Positions 1 to 12,823 are shown, counted from the first letter of the stretch. The stretch is DNA of 64,000 nucleotides from Felis catus (GCF_018350175.1 NC_058382.1:50966001-51030000), one strand, 5' to 3'. Numbers and translations: made by a program. Notes: generated by a model not told the origin, from the letters alone.

Positions 1-112
1 TTAATCTCAGAAGTGACATCCCATCCTCTCGTCTGCATTATATTGGTCCCGGAGACCAACCTTGGTGCAAGGTGGGAGTGAACTGCAAAAAGGTGTGAAT
101 CACTAGGATCCT
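1..112 (-). mobile_element. MaLR LTR end fragment (MLT1F-like)
   Basis: taatctcagaagtgacatcccatc...tattggt...agaccaaccttggtgcaa. Confidence 0.55.
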
Positions 113-974
113 GAATCCGACAGTAACACAGACATAAACGTATCAGAATAGGTATCTTTATCTTACTAGGTAGGCTTTATTTCTGATGACCACCAAAGTC
201 ATTTGGTGCCAACAGGGCGAATAAAGGGCATGAACAAGCCAGGTAATACTGGCTTCCGTCCAAACCATCAGTTGGAGGCAATCATTCCACCCTCCCCAAG
301 ATTAGCGTGTGCACGCCTCACGGCCGCTCACCACGGCCGCTCACGCACCTGGACCTCCTTTCCCGGCCTGTAAAATAATGTCCGTTCTTCAGGTATCCGT
401 TCAAATGCTGCTGCCTCCGTAAAGGTGTTGACCTCCCCTTCCAACCCGATGCTACTCTCTCTTCGCAATTCCACCCTCGGGTGTTTTAAATGTCTCCTGC
501 ACCAACCCTAACTTTTTTCCTACATTGTCGTCATTAAGTATTTCTTCCTACTAATCCAGTTTCAGCATTTTGCGAGGAAGGACAGCGTCTCCTTTCCTCT
601 ATGTCCAGCACGGTAGGCATTTCAGCAATTATAGAAAACAGTGTGTTACCGCGTGAGAGAGGGTATATTACAGAGCACTTCCTTTGTCTGAAGGACTCAA
701 AAACAGGGTAGGGCCCAGGAAGACATGAAAGGATAATTGGTAAAGGGACAAATACATTGAGGCTGAAAGCAGAAAAACTAAGTATAGAACTAGGCGTTCA
801 AGGATAATTCTATCCACCATATTGACTGTATTGCCTGCACGCCCTTCCCCCAAACTCTCCAGTGAAGCCAATGCTCTATAAATTGGGGACATTATTGGTA
901 CAGCACTGAATTTTAACATTCTTGATGCATACATGGTTACAGTATATGCACGTCACAAGATTTTAAGCTTCTAC

Positions 975-1344
975 CCATTTCCGTCTTCTTTTGAAAGTAC
1001 AAGATCGAAACCGGAAAACCATGCCATCTCCATGGCATTGTCAATTCCTGAATCCCGCCTGACACGACACCTTATCCCATGGCTTATGGGGCTGCGTTGC
1101 ATCAGCATACATCAGCAATTCCAGGATTTATTTTCTAATCCACTGAAGTTCAACAGAATCATGTTAAAGATTAAGCGTGAATTAAGATCTAAATCGGCTT
1201 CCACCACTTAACCTCAGTCTGGGTCTTTTCAAAGTCTCTGTCCTTCCCTTCAGCACACTGGCCCCATCACAATGCCTGCTCTTCTCCATCGGGTGGCCTG
1301 AGATGGCCTGTCTTCATCACTGAAGTGGGTGTCTATGAGTGTAC
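975..1344 (-). pseudogene. Two probable pseudo-exons (~1344-1213 and 1142-975)
   Basis: They read TLIDTHFSDEDRPSQATRWRRAGIVMGPVC* and ILELLMYADATQPHKPWDKVSCQAGFRN* (CSD-like KPGDKVSF). Splice sites are partly degenerate. Confidence 0.35.
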
Positions 1345-1439
1345 CCAGAATAAATGCATTTTATTCAATAACTTCAATTGAATAACAGAAGTCATACCAA
1401 TCAGTAAAGAAGGAATGGCATTACCATAGTGGCCCATCT

Positions 1440-1930
1440 TTGGTGTCTATTGCAAACACCTTACTATGGTTTACAAAGCCCCAAATAATCCAACTTAATC
1501 TTCCCTGACTTCAATTCTGCTTCCCTCTCAGTGTTCTGGCACCCTTTCCGTTTCTTAAATATGTGAAAGCTTTGACCATCTCCAGTCTTCTTCTCATCTT
1601 TTCCCTAGAATGACACTGTTCATATTTTACACGGTGGACTGGTCGTCACTGAGTCTTGGTTTAAATACAAATTCCTTGAGGCACTTTCCAAAAGTACATT
1701 TTCTGAATAGGAGCCAAGCTAAATTGTTCTCTACCATAACACTCAAATATAATTATAATATAAAATTTAAATTTTTAATTGCTCAGTCCTTTATTGATTG
1801 ACACTCTCCCAGATTGTTTTGAGTTCCCAGAGCAGTGATATTTTTTGTGTGTGCGCACTCATAACCAAGCCTAATACAGTGCCTAGAACATGGAGGGCAT
1901 CAGAAATACTCTCGGATAAATGAATGAACA
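1440..1930 (+). mobile_element. L2 3' fragment
   Basis: Ends cctaatacagtgcctagaacatggagggcatcagaaatactctcggataaatgaatgaa (L2 tail). Confidence 0.6.
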
Positions 1931-2087
1931 TCTCATCAATAAAATACGATCTTTTGTGCCACTAATCCTCTATAAAATTTCACCCTGCATTCTTGCTTTT
2001 CCTGAGCAAACATTTTCATTCATTTTTACAGAGGTTTTGTGTTATCATTCACCCAAATGACCAGCCTATCTAAAGTACATTTTAGGA

Positions 2088-2301
2088 GGGGCGCCTGGGT
2101 GGCTCAGTCAGTTAAGTGTCTGACTTCAGCTCAGGTCATGATCTTAGGGTTCATGGGTTTGCATCCTGCGTCGGGCTCTATGCTGACAGCTCAGAGCCTG
2201 GAGCCTGCTTTGGATTCTGTGTGTCTCTCTCTCTTTCCCTCCACTGCTCCACTCTGTCTCTCTCCCAAAAATAAATAAATATTAAAACAAATTAAAAATA
2301 A
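2088..2301 (+). mobile_element. Can-SINE
   Basis: ggggcgcctgggtggctcag head, (CT)n, A-tail; TSD taaagtaca(t/g)tttagga. Confidence 0.95.
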
Positions 2302-2362
2302 TAAAGTACAGTTTAGGAAGTGAAGTCAAAGCCACCCCCAGTATGGCATTCATCACATTTAC

Positions 2363-2427
2363 CTTCGGTGGACATGTAGGGTGATAATGTGCCATCATCG
2401 AGCCTAGGATAGAAGAGAGCCACCAAA
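2363..2427 (-). pseudogene. Pseudo-exon (65 nt)
   Basis: Acceptor ttgctttgtttcag and donor aag|gtaaat; two frames are open. Confidence 0.55.
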
Positions 2428-2571
2428 CTGAAACAAAGCAATTTCCAGAAACTGAAATGCCAAGAGCACTAAGAATGAGTCTTATAACGAAATGAGAGCG
2501 TGAAACTGCCAGCTAAACATCTATCCCAACTGCACTGCAGAATGTGGAGATGTTTCTAATTTTTATTAAAC

Positions 2572-2767
2572 CATATGGAAAAGGCTGTAAACCACAAATA
2601 GCATCAAAGTCGCAGAGCTATAGAGCAAGAGTGATTGGACCAGGCTAAGTGGCCTCGTTTCCCTGTCCTCTATTGTCCTTTTGCCTTCCCACTCTCTTCT
2701 GTCATGTGCCCAGCATGAAACTCTTCCTGCCCTTGTCTTCTGTGGCCTGTTGGTGATGAGCCTTTGC
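2572..2767 (-). pseudogene. Probable pseudo-exon (stop-free frame)
   Basis: Acceptor gtgcgcattcag; donor is weak. Reads QRLITNRPQKTRAGRVSCWAHDRREWEGKRTIEDRETRPLSLVQS..., a CSD-like GxVxxW start. Confidence 0.4.
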
Positions 2768-2943
2768 CTGAATGCGCACACACAGCCATTATCAAGCATT
2801 TATTCACCACCATTATTGTGAAGTGTGGAAACCACTGAACTGTGGTTCCTCCCTCCTCTTCTCCCCAATACATTGCACACTTCTCGGGGACGCTGATTCG
2901 ATACTGTCAAATGACCGAAAAACAGAGTCTAAAACAAAGTTAC

Positions 2944-3106
2944 ATTTTCAGTCTATTTCAATATAATATTCTTTTAAATAGAGGAAAGAAACTTGGGCAT
3001 TTTGGCATCATTGAGGTTCTTTAAGAACAAGTTCTGGTACATACACCCATGCATAAATTCCTGGTCTGACAAACTGTTTGAACCCAAGAATTGTACTTGT
3101 TATTTT
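2944..3106 (-). pseudogene. Probable pseudo-exon
   Basis: Acceptor ctgttctctggttgaag and donor gtaact. Reads KITSTILGFKQFVRPGIYAWVYVPELVLKEPQ*CQNAQVSFLYLKEYY. Confidence 0.4.
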
Positions 3107-3250
3107 CTTCAACCAGAGAACAGCAGAAATTGCACTAGTTATAACAACTGATTACATTTATGACCTGTCTCCCAGGCTCAGAGATTTAAGTATCTGCTAT
3201 TTAGAGCCCATGAATAAGAACAACATAAATATCCAAGGGCATTACATTTT

Positions 3251-3443
3251 TTATATATAATTTTTTAATGTTTTTTTAAATTTATTTTTGAGAGAGAGAG
3301 ACGGTGAGAGCAGGGGAAAGGCAGAGAGAGAGGGAGTCACAGAATCCAAAGCAGTCTCCAGGCTCTGAGCTGTCAGCACAGAGCCTGATGCGGGGCTCGA
3401 ACTCACAAACCCCAAGATTATGACCTGAGCCACCCAGGTGTTC
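3251..3443 (-). mobile_element. Can-SINE (internally deleted)
   Basis: Reverse-oriented; lacks the segment between two ctgagcc repeats. Confidence 0.9.
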
Positions 3444-3454
3444 CAAAGGCATTT

Positions 3455-3652
3455 TTTTTTAATTTTTAAATGTTTTATTTATTTTTGAGAAAGCACAAGC
3501 AGGAGAGGGGCAGAGAGAGAGGGAGACAGAGGATCCAAAGTGGACTCTGTGTTGACAGCAGAGAGCCCAATGTGGGGCTCGAACTCAAGAACCGTGAGAT
3601 CATGACCTGCGCTAAAGTCAGATGCTCAACCCACTGAGCTACCCAGGTGCCC
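3455..3652 (-). mobile_element. Can-SINE
   Basis: Reverse-oriented, in tandem with the previous copy. Confidence 0.95.
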
Positions 3653-3697
3653 CAAGGGCATTTCATTTTAATCCTGTATCAAATTATAATGCTTAGA

Positions 3698-3905
3698 GGG
3701 GCTCCTGGGTGGCTCAGTCGGTTGGGCATCCGACTTCGGCTCAGGTCATGATCTCTCGGTTCGTGGGTTCAAGCCCCGCATTGGGCTCTGTGCTGACAGC
3801 TCAGGGCCTGGAGCCTGCTTTGGATTCTGTGTCTCCCTCTCCCTCTTTCTGCCCCTCTCTCACTTGTGCTCTATCTATGTCTCTCAAAAAATAAATGTAA
3901 AAAAA
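3698..3905 (+). mobile_element. Can-SINE
   Basis: Head ggggctcctgggtggctcag; TSD tataatgctta. Confidence 0.95.
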
Positions 3906-4059
3906 TATAATGCTTATAGTTGGACACAGATGCAGTTATAGTCAGGAACACATATCTAAGAACTGCGGGAATTCAAACATTTATTTTGAATTTGAATAAA
4001 TATCGGTTCCTGTGCATGCCTTAGTAGTATTTAAAAGCGCTGTTGACATGTTGATTTAC

Positions 4060-4209
4060 ATCCTTAACAGCATCGAATCTTCCTTTGATGATGTAGGCAA
4101 CATGAAATCTGATCTGCCCAAATGGAGCACATTAACAGATTAATTGCACAATCCTCAGGATACAAATGCAAGAAGTATGTGTCTTGCATTCAAGTTTACA
4201 CAACCAGGC
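4060..4209 (-). pseudogene. Pseudo-exon (150 nt)
   Basis: Acceptor cttgcctctctgtag and donor gtaaat. The 3' part reads CAPFGQIRFHVAYIIKGRFDAVKD. Confidence 0.5.
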
Positions 4210-4466
4210 CTACAGAGAGGCAAGTATCATGCTGATATGATCAGATATTCTTTAATTCGGGCACACAGAATAAGATGGGTAAACACAATTCCAGACAACC
4301 CTACAAGCCACGGACTGAATGTGATTTATGGGATGTGAATTGCTCTCCCAGAGCGGCTAATGTGTAAAGCCAAAGGAATCCCAATTCGGCCCCAGGGTCC
4401 CAACTGAGAAGCGAGCTCCCAGATTTATCTCCAATGGTTTACCTGATGCTCATGCCTGATGCTTAC

Positions 4467-4527
4467 CCAAGCGGTCTGCAAGGAACTTTTAGAGCTCTTC
4501 TATAGGATGTTTAAAGCCTTTCTTTTC
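4467..4527 (-). pseudogene. Pseudo-exon (61 nt)
   Basis: Acceptor tttttttcttgtttag and donor gtaagc. Reads EKKGFKHPIEEL*KFLADRL; stops in all frames. Confidence 0.6.
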
Positions 4528-4799
4528 CTAAACAAGAAAAAAACAATCCCAACTTTTTTCCCATTGGTGCTTCCAATTGCGGCGACTCGGTATTATTCTC
4601 CAGAGAAAGCAGGCTCACACTCATCTGACCATCACACTGTGGGAAAAGCAAGCAGTCAGCCATCAGGAGACTAGAATTCCTATTTCACCTCTGAAGTGGG
4701 AGAGCTGAAATATGCCTCTGCTCCATGCAAAAAAAGTGTATCACTTGAGCGGACTGAGATGACTTAAGGTTTTGCACTCTACACCCTAAGGTAATGAAA

Positions 4800-5670
4800 C
4801 AAATAATTGTTTTAGAAACAAGATGGCATGGAATAAAGAAAGGCACGATCCAAATTACAAAAAAAAGAGGAAAACCGCAAATACCAGATGAGACTAATAA
4901 AAAGCAAAGAGCAAGATGCTGAATTTAAACCCACACATAAAAATAATCACATTAAATGTAAGTAGTCTAAAAAGCACACTACTGAAGACAAACACAGTCA
5001 GACTGAAACGAAAAAGCAAGACCCACATTTCGGGTGCCTATAAGAACCTCACATTAAATATACAGACACGAATATTTCATAATTAGAAGTATGGAAAATG
5101 ATATCAAAGTAGATTTCAGAGAAGAGAATAGTTCAGGGCCAGAGAGGGTCGTTTCATAATGATAAAGTCATAATGAAAAATGCACCAAGGGTACATAACC
5201 CTAAACCTTTATCCAACTAATAACATGGCTTCAAAATATACGGAGATAAAACGAATAGAACTGCAAAGGGCATAGACAAACTCACAGTTATAGTCAAATA
5301 TTTAAACATTCCTTTCTCAATGAATGATAGAAAAAGTGCACAGAAAGTCAGGAAGGAAATAAAATACTTCAACAGCATTATTAACCAACCTAACCTAATT
5401 GCCATTTAGAGAACACTGCAGCAAAACAGTATAATATACATTAAGCCAAATACACATACAGAGAATTCTGTGAAATCCACACACCAAGCAAAACAAAACA
5501 AACAAAAAAACCACCCCAAACTCTTAAAACTCTAAGTTAAGCAAAACTTGTAAAAGATCAATATACAAAACTAAATTACATTGCTATGTCCTAGGAACTA
5601 AGGGTTTGGCATGAAAATAAAACCAGTATTACTTATAACATAAAAATGTCATACTTAGGAATAAAACCAA
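4800..5670 (+). mobile_element. Old L1 ORF2 fragments (endonuclease region and downstream pieces)
   Basis: taatcacattaaatgtaagtagtctaaa...aagcaagacccac...gcttcaaaatata...aagatcaatatacaaaa; A-rich, no open frame. Confidence 0.7.
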
Positions 5671-6484
5671 CACACAGGTCATTAGTCATTAGGGAAGAAG
5701 ATCACAGAGCAAGTGCAAAGGCTCTGAGGCAGGATCACTATCAGCCTCAGGGAGGGAACCAGGGCTAGTGGACAGAAAAAGGGAGGTTGGAAAAAAAATC
5801 AAGAAGGCAGGAAGGGACCCAAGGGTGTAGGGTCCTTGAGGTCACAGTCAAGAGTCTGTATTTCTTTCTTAGGAATTGTTTTTTCCAAGAGACCTAGTGT
5901 CCCTCTGCAAAAATTGTAGCATTTTGCTGCTGATCTTTTCCAGATTCTAGGCATTAACATCCACCTGGTCTCTAGGGATCTCCCAGACTTGATCTTCATT
6001 AAGGACTTTATTTTGCCTCTTTCACCCCATCTCCACCTCTACTCCCAATCCCAATCCAGTAAGCTCCATGCGTGTGTATGCTTTTGTCAAAAATGGCTCT
6101 TGAAACAGCCTGCATTCAGACCACAAGTGTGGCGATTCATAAGCTCCTTCCATCAGATGCATGCTATGTGGGAAGAGTCTGTTCCCTACAAAATCAAAAT
6201 TTGATTTCAGAATTTGTCATGAATCCTAACTACACTGTTATTAGTTAAAAAGACTTTGAACAAGTTACTTAATTTCTTTACATCTCACTTTCTCCCTGTG
6301 CTTACCCAGGGAGTGCAACAGCTGCCTTCCATCGTTGTCCTAGAGATGAAAGGAGGCTTAGGCACGGATTCTGACATGAGGTTCAGAATAACACATACGG
6401 GCAAGCATTAAACATTCTTGCCATTAGGCATGTACTCAGAACAAGAAAACTGGTAATATGTTTGCTTACACAGTTTAAAAAAAT

Positions 6485-6699
6485 GTTTTTAAAGATTTTA
6501 TTTATGTTTATTTATTTTGAGAGACAGAGAGAGAGAGAGAAGGCAGGTGCATCAAGCTGGGGAGGAAAGAGAGGGAGAGAGGATCCCAAGCAGGCTCCAT
6601 GCTGTCAGCACAGAGCCCTAAGCACAACTTGATTTCACAAAGTAAGAGATCATGACCTGAGCCGAACTCAAGAGTCAGACTGAGCCAACCAGGCACCCC
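6485..6699 (-). mobile_element. Can-SINE
   Basis: Reverse head aggcacccc and (GA)n. Confidence 0.9.
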
Positions 6700-6992
6700 T
6701 GCTCATACAGTGTTCACATTTTAATTTGATATCATGTAACTTTCCTCTAGAATCCTAAGAAGAAACAATTCTCTTTGATTTGTACTCAATAGTCATCTTT
6801 TCATTTGTTAGGTCCTGCCTTAGTTAAAGCCATTAAAAACGTGTGTATATGTTTAAACTTCACAAATTTTCCATTTTATCTCAATTGGGTGCATTTATAT
6901 GATAATCCTTTCATATATATGTGTTCCAGCACCTTCCTGCATTTGCAATACCATTTCACAAATGAGATGAACAATTTCCTATCGTCTAACAC

Positions 6993-7169
6993 CTGTCCGT
7001 ATGGAAATTTTCCAATTGACCCAATGTGACTTTTAAAACAGATTGTGAATTGTTTTAAACTATGAAAGAATCCTTCGAATACTGGGAAGATTAAGTTGTG
7101 GATACAGGATTTGGGAACTGTGCTGTTTTCCTTTCTGACACAGTCTTCGTCAATCACGTGATCTCCCAA
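6993..7169 (-). pseudogene. Pseudo-exon (177 nt, stop-free)
   Basis: Acceptor catttacttttctaaacag and donor cag|gtgtta. Phase 0->0 frame: LGDHVIDEDCVRKENSTVPKSCIHNLIFPVFEGFFHSLKQFTICFKSHIGSIGKFPYGQ. A next acceptor at 6185 gives GTDSSHIACI*. Confidence 0.6.
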
Positions 7170-7244
7170 CTGTTTAGAAAAGTAAATGAAAGTTAACTTT
7201 ACAATGCGTAACTTTGTGATCCTTTGTTAGAAACAAGGGACTCC

Positions 7245-7419
7245 AACTGGTAGGTCTTAAATTTGCACGTGTATCACACTGGAGATTCTACAACAGTTTG
7301 TTGGGCCCCATTCGCTGGTGCTGCCGGTTCCTTGGATAAAGGGGGAACTGGAATGGGCATTTCTAAGTTTCCAGGTAATTCTGATGCTGCCATTTGGGGA
7401 CCACACTGGTAGAATACTG
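7245..7419. mobile_element. MER5A-like hAT element
   Basis: gcatttctaagtttccaggtaattctgatgctgc...ggaccacact. Confidence 0.6.
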
Positions 7420-7544
7420 TACTGCATCATGCTTTTACAACCTTCATACGTATTTTTAGCTATCTTAATTTCTGTATCTGATCACCTAACCTGGTCACAG
7501 AGGATACTTCCGTTTCCTATTTAGAACTGATTTTTGAGAACCAC

Positions 7545-7788
7545 CCATGTGTGAAACTTGATACTATGTTAACACTAAGAGCCACAGCTCTGGGTAGCGA
7601 GATACTTTCCAACATTTCTCCAAAGCCCTGGGAATACACCAAGCACAAAATTCCACATGAAAGCGGTCATTTGTCTATACATGAGTACAATTCTCTGGAG
7701 CGAAGGCCAAACCACACTCTCAGCCAATCAGATGGGCTCAGGATACTTCCGTGTGCACACATATATACCATCTATTGAGATAATTGAT
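7545..7788 (-). pseudogene. Pseudo-exon (3' boundary uncertain)
   Basis: Acceptor tgttgtttccttcag. Reads SIISIDGIYVCTRKYPEPI*LAESVVWPSLQ and, in another frame, CGILCLVYSQGFGEMLESISLPRAVALSVNIVSSFTH. Confidence 0.5.
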
Positions 7789-8650
7789 CTGAAGGAAACA
7801 ACATGGACCTTTTGGGATTTCACTGCATCCTGATGTAGTGATAAGAACCATAGTTATTTAGTTGCAAAAGTGAATTTGGAAAAGGTCACAATGAGTTGTA
7901 TTCACGCTTAGGCCAAGGGCACCTAATGGGCTTGCTCTGAATAGTGCCTTGGGGAGAATTTCTTTGACTTGGGTGATTTTTCCCTCCAAGTAGATGCAAA
8001 TCAGCCTCTAAAAAAAAAGGTTAAGAGTCTCAGCAATACACTTCGAAGGACTCAGAAGGGAGTCAGGGGAGACGGAGCCCTGTCGCTCTCCGTGAACACT
8101 TGTGTGCTTCCTCCAACATACCTGGATGTGTTAGCCGACCTCCACCCTCTGTCCTTATAACTGGACAACGATTTATTCTTGCTGGAGCCAACCAGGCTTC
8201 GTGACGCATGCCTGACACTGCCACTACCCCCACAGATGACCCTGTTCCAAGCGGCACACACATCTCAGCCCCAGGGAGCTCCGCACAGGGCAAAGGATGG
8301 CACGGTGGTTGCTCCTCTGTTCCGGCATCAAAGTAGCCTTCCCCCCACCCCCCGTGCACCGTCAGTGAGTCAGGAACGGTCAGAAATAGACTTAAGACGA
8401 ATATAGCATTTTATAAATGTCTTTGATTTGACCGTTAATACATTACTTCAAAACCATTTGCCCATGTACCTATTTGTGGTCATCTCAGAGTGTTTTTGTA
8501 AACAAGAAACATCATTAAACTTCATACCCAAAGCACGTAAGACACTGGCTGGGACATGAATACCTCACAGGTAGGTAGTGAGTAGACGAATGGCTTGGCA
8601 TGTCATAGTTGAGCAGGGCTGCAGAAGTCAAACAGAAACCAGGAAGGTGA

Positions 8651-8955
8651 GGGGTGCCTGGGTGGCTCAGTCAGTTAAGCATCCGACTCTAAGTTTCCAC
8701 TCAGGTCACGATCTCCCGGTTTCCTGGGTTCGAGTCCCACGATGGGCTCTTCACTGGCAGCATGGAGCCTGCCTGGGATCCCCTCTCTTTGCCCCTCCCC
8801 CACTCGTGCTGCCTCTGCCTCTCTCAGAATAAATAAACTTTACATATATATATATACATATATATATATACACATATATATACACGTATATATATATATA
8901 TATATACACATATACGTATATATGTGTATATATATACGTATATGTGTATATATAT
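8651..8955 (+). mobile_element. Can-SINE with (TA)n/(TATG) microsatellite tail
   Basis: TSD aacca(g/a)gaaggtga flanks the SINE plus the 8841-8955 TA-rich array. Confidence 0.9.
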
Positions 8956-9545
8956 GAACCAAGAAGGTGAGATGAAGGCTGGACCACGGGCTCTTCAGGA
9001 AGCAGCATTCAAAAGGTGATGAGTGGAGCCTGAGGACCAGGGAGGCTTGCAAAGACAAACAGCAAACAGAAGGGACAGTAAGGAATGGGGGTCAAGGAAA
9101 AAAAATCAGTGATGGGATGAGAGTCACCGAAATGCGGGTGTCAGCTCACTGGATGTGATGGGGAAACACGGAGCCCTGGCTCAAAGAGGGAAGAAAGTGC
9201 CAGAGACACTACAGCCACAGCTGTGTACCTCTTTAGACACATTCCCACTCTGAGCTTCAGATGTGGTAGCAAGTAGGGCAAAAGGCTAAGGAAAATGATG
9301 TCTCCTTGTGAATTTTAAGGGTTTAATGAGCAAGGAAAATTTCCTGAAGCTTCTCTAGATAGCCGTAAGCCCAAGTGATCAGAGGAAGCTGGGGGGGGGT
9401 GTCTTAAGAAAGAATCTAATCACACCTACAAGAATTGGAAAAGATTAGTGGAGGTGTCCAGTTAAATATACAGAGGATATAAAGCCAGGTTGCCCTGGAA
9501 CATATCATAAACGGAGGGCTAGTAGAAAAACGAGTAACGGAATAC

Positions 9546-9640
9546 CTCACATGTATCATTATTGACGGATGCTTTGAAACCTGGGTTTGGTCCTCAGGGA
9601 AGTTCCAAATTTCAAATGGCCCCCTCTGTAAGTTAACTCA
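9546..9640 (-). pseudogene. Pseudo-exon (95 nt)
   Basis: Acceptor agtttgttttgcag and donor gag|gtattc. Ends ...GPFEIWNFPEDQTQVSKHPSIMIHV in phase 2, matching the next exon. Confidence 0.5.
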
Positions 9641-10324
9641 CTGCAAAACAAACTACCTGAATCTTAGGCAGGTAACTAGCACGCTTTTGTTAATTCCTCT
9701 CACACCTAAGTCTCAGAGGCCAGTTCTGCTGATCTGAGCTGAGTTGGCTCGTGCAACTGTTGGTAGCTGGCCTATTGGCTGGAAGTTACCAGACCTAGGA
9801 TGGCCAAGACTGGGATGAATGTACTCTCCTCTGTGTTTCCTTCCTATCTCCATCTGGAAAATGCTCTCATGGTGATCAGAGGTAAGGCCAGCAGAGCTTG
9901 GATATGCACTAATGTTTTTCAAGCATCTAATTTGCTACTGTCCCTCTGGCTAAAGCAAGTTGTTTGAGGCCAGATTCACTATGGGAAGGCATTCTGGAAA
10001 GGTCTGGGTACAGGGAGCACTGATGCACTCAATCTACCACACCTGATGTTTGTTTAACCGTAGAAACTTTGGGAATGATGAAAGGTATAAAATTCACCAT
10101 ATTTCACTATCTATAGGAAAAAAAGTCCTATTTCTTCCCCTTATTTTGTGATTATTTACATTCCCACTTACAAAACAAGAATCATTAAGTACATGTGACT
10201 TATATCTTTTTTTTTATTTGTATCTTTTTTGGTTATTTTGCAAAGGTTTTCACCAGTTTCTATTGTTCTGAAGCCTCATGATTTTTACAAGCCTGCATAA
10301 TACTCTGACTTGCTGTTTTTCTAT

Positions 10325-10564
10325 TTCTTTTTATTTTTTTTAATGTTTATTTATTTTTGAGAGACAGAGAGAGACGGGGAGATAGAGTCTGTGTAGGAGA
10401 GGGGCAGAGAGACAGAGGGAGACACCGAATCTGCCGGAGGCTCCAGGCTCTGCACTGACAGGCTGACAGCAGTGAGCCTGGTGTAGGGCTTGAACCCACG
10501 AACCGTGAGATTGTGACCTGAGCCGAAGTCGGATGCTTACCCGACTGAGCCACCCAGGCGCCCC
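10325..10564 (-). mobile_element. Can-SINE
   Basis: TSD tgacttgctgttttt. Confidence 0.95.
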
Positions 10565-10778
10565 TGACTTGCTGTTTTTGTATATTAACTTGAACATTTT
10601 CAAATCATGGACACTTTATTCTATGCAATCTTGCTTCCTTAGGGGAGCTGATTTAACTGAAAACTAGTGGGCAAATTCTTCTTAAGCCTCTCAATGTCCA
10701 TTACCAAAATGCTGTCCAAAATGTTTGTTCTTCTCTTCATTATCAATCACGAATGCCGTCTCCAGCCAGGAATGTTAC

Positions 10779-10893
10779 CTTGTTTTATAAACGTCAGTAA
10801 TAAGAACAGTAGCTGCAACTACCTTTGGGGCCAAGGTCAAGATTCAATCAATCCATATCAAGTCCCAGAACAGCTGTGGGCATTAGATATGCA
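10779..10893 (-). pseudogene. Pseudo-exon (115 nt, frameshifted)
   Basis: Donor aag|gtaaca. Reads AYLMPTAVLGLDMD*LNLDLG, then after a frameshift PKVVAATVLITDVYKT. Confidence 0.4.
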
Positions 10894-11175
10894 CTGTATA
10901 TATGTTAATGAGACTGTCACTACTGTTACCAATTTGAGTGCATTTGATTTTCCATAGTTAAGTTTACTTTTCTATTTTTACATATTCCTTGATGTATCTT
11001 TTCACTTTCCTCTTTTTTAATCTTGTTATTTTCCTTCACCTGAGTTTTGTTATTTCTGTGCTTCCCCTATAAGTTTCTATCTTCACTTTCTATGTTCCAT
11101 AAAAAAAGCACTGAATTTAAAGTTCTTTCATAAAATTCTTTAGAGAATTACACTTCGCAGAACTAACTAAATTAC

Positions 11176-11241
11176 TGGTTTCTGTGTTGCCTGGTTTTGC
11201 ACAGTAACACCCAGTGAAACACGGAGGAAGAAACCCAGGAT
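11176..11241 (-). pseudogene. Pseudo-exon (66 nt)
   Basis: Acceptor ttgtctttgttttcag and donor gtaatt; all three frames are open. Confidence 0.55.
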
Positions 11242-12823
11242 CTGAAAACAAAGACAAGCCTGGAAACAGTTCTAGTACTTTCTATCGTGTCCATTTTCTT
11301 ATGCTTCCCCTAAATAACTACACCATCTCTCTCTCTGTCAATCTCTCTCTGTCTCTCTGTCATCTCTCTCTGTCTCTCTCTCGGTCAGGGTTTGCCCAGG
11401 TCGATCGGAAGATGTCCTCATCTGGAACGTGTGATCAGTCTTCTTTATTTTGTGTGGCTATGCCGGCCCTCTAAGGGAGGTGGAGGGTTTCTCTCCCACT
11501 GAGAAGACCCCAAAATTGTTTGCTCCATCAAGAAATGGCACAAAACATGAGAGTTACTCTATCTGTGGAAGATAAACGTCTTCTCTCCTCACTTTGTTTT
11601 ATTGCTAACAATTAAGTTGATTTAAAAATAAGTCCGTGCTGCTTCTATGTGCCGTTTCACACTCAAACCTTCATAATTGCTCCCCGAGTGTAATGGCCTA
11701 GATGTTAATTTTAGATAGTTGGAAAGGCAAGTCATATATTTTTAAATCATTGAGTCATTTTTAATTAATGTCTATTTGTTTTCATTTTGAAGCTCTGTTG
11801 AAATAATCAATAATGGAAGTTGAAAGTAGAGGCCGTAGCAATCAAGTTATATGAACTCATTTTGGCTGTAAATTATTTGTAGAATCTTCATAATTTTTTG
11901 ATACAGAATACTGTTAAATTGGCCCCTGGTTAAATTGGTCTGTTAAATTAGTCTTCCTGAACATGAGTGAAGTTATAGTTCTATTTCTGTTTTCTGTGGA
12001 ATTATAGACCAGGGGAGTTTGAAAAAAAAAAAAATCACATAAAAGGGACATGTATCACCCAAGTCTGAACTTGTACTTGAGGTCATTAATTAAAGTGAGG
12101 CCAGTCAGGACGGGCCAGCTCTCCTCTTCAGCCAGAAAGAGCTGCCCAGCCACAGACACAGAGCAGGAGGAACACTTTATGCGGCCAAGGAGGGGTAGTG
12201 CCCAGTGACCATCACGGAGCTGGAAAAAGGGAAAACAAGCGGAGAGACGATGAGAGCACACTTAGGACAACACACTGCGAAAAATAAACCACATAAGGCC
12301 AGAAATGAGGACCAGAGGCCAGTGTCCTTGGTAAATCGACACTGAGCTCCCTGAACAGGAGGTGCCTGAGTGGGGGGATTTTGCATGGAGAGGAGGTACC
12401 ATTAGAAGGAAGCTGGAAATCTACAGCAAAGAATATGAGAGAGATTTGAGAGACAGCACAAGATCTAGGGTCTTCACTCCGGATAGGATGGTTGAGCTAA
12501 GAGGGTAACAAGGCATTTGTGAGATGGGAAGACAAAGTATCGGGTGGAACGTCTACAAAATGGTAAAATGAAGTGCATCGTGTTTAGTTCATGAGGCCAA
12601 GTGCTCAAGAGATTAAGGGAGACAAAAAATTATAAATGAATACAGGGTGTTTTACGTCAGGGGGTGAGTATTTTAAAGGGGCTGGCAGGGTAGAGACTGG
12701 TATAGTTCCATTAGAGAAAAAAATATGCTTCCACCAACGCCAAAGGAAACTCCTCTTCCAGATATCTGAAGACCCATGGGACATGTGCACCTTGCAAATG
12801 TAAACGAATAAAAGAATTGGAGA

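Noticed and set aside
8742..9058. Tyr/Ile-rich ORFs on both strands
   Set aside because: They are translations of the (TA)n microsatellite.
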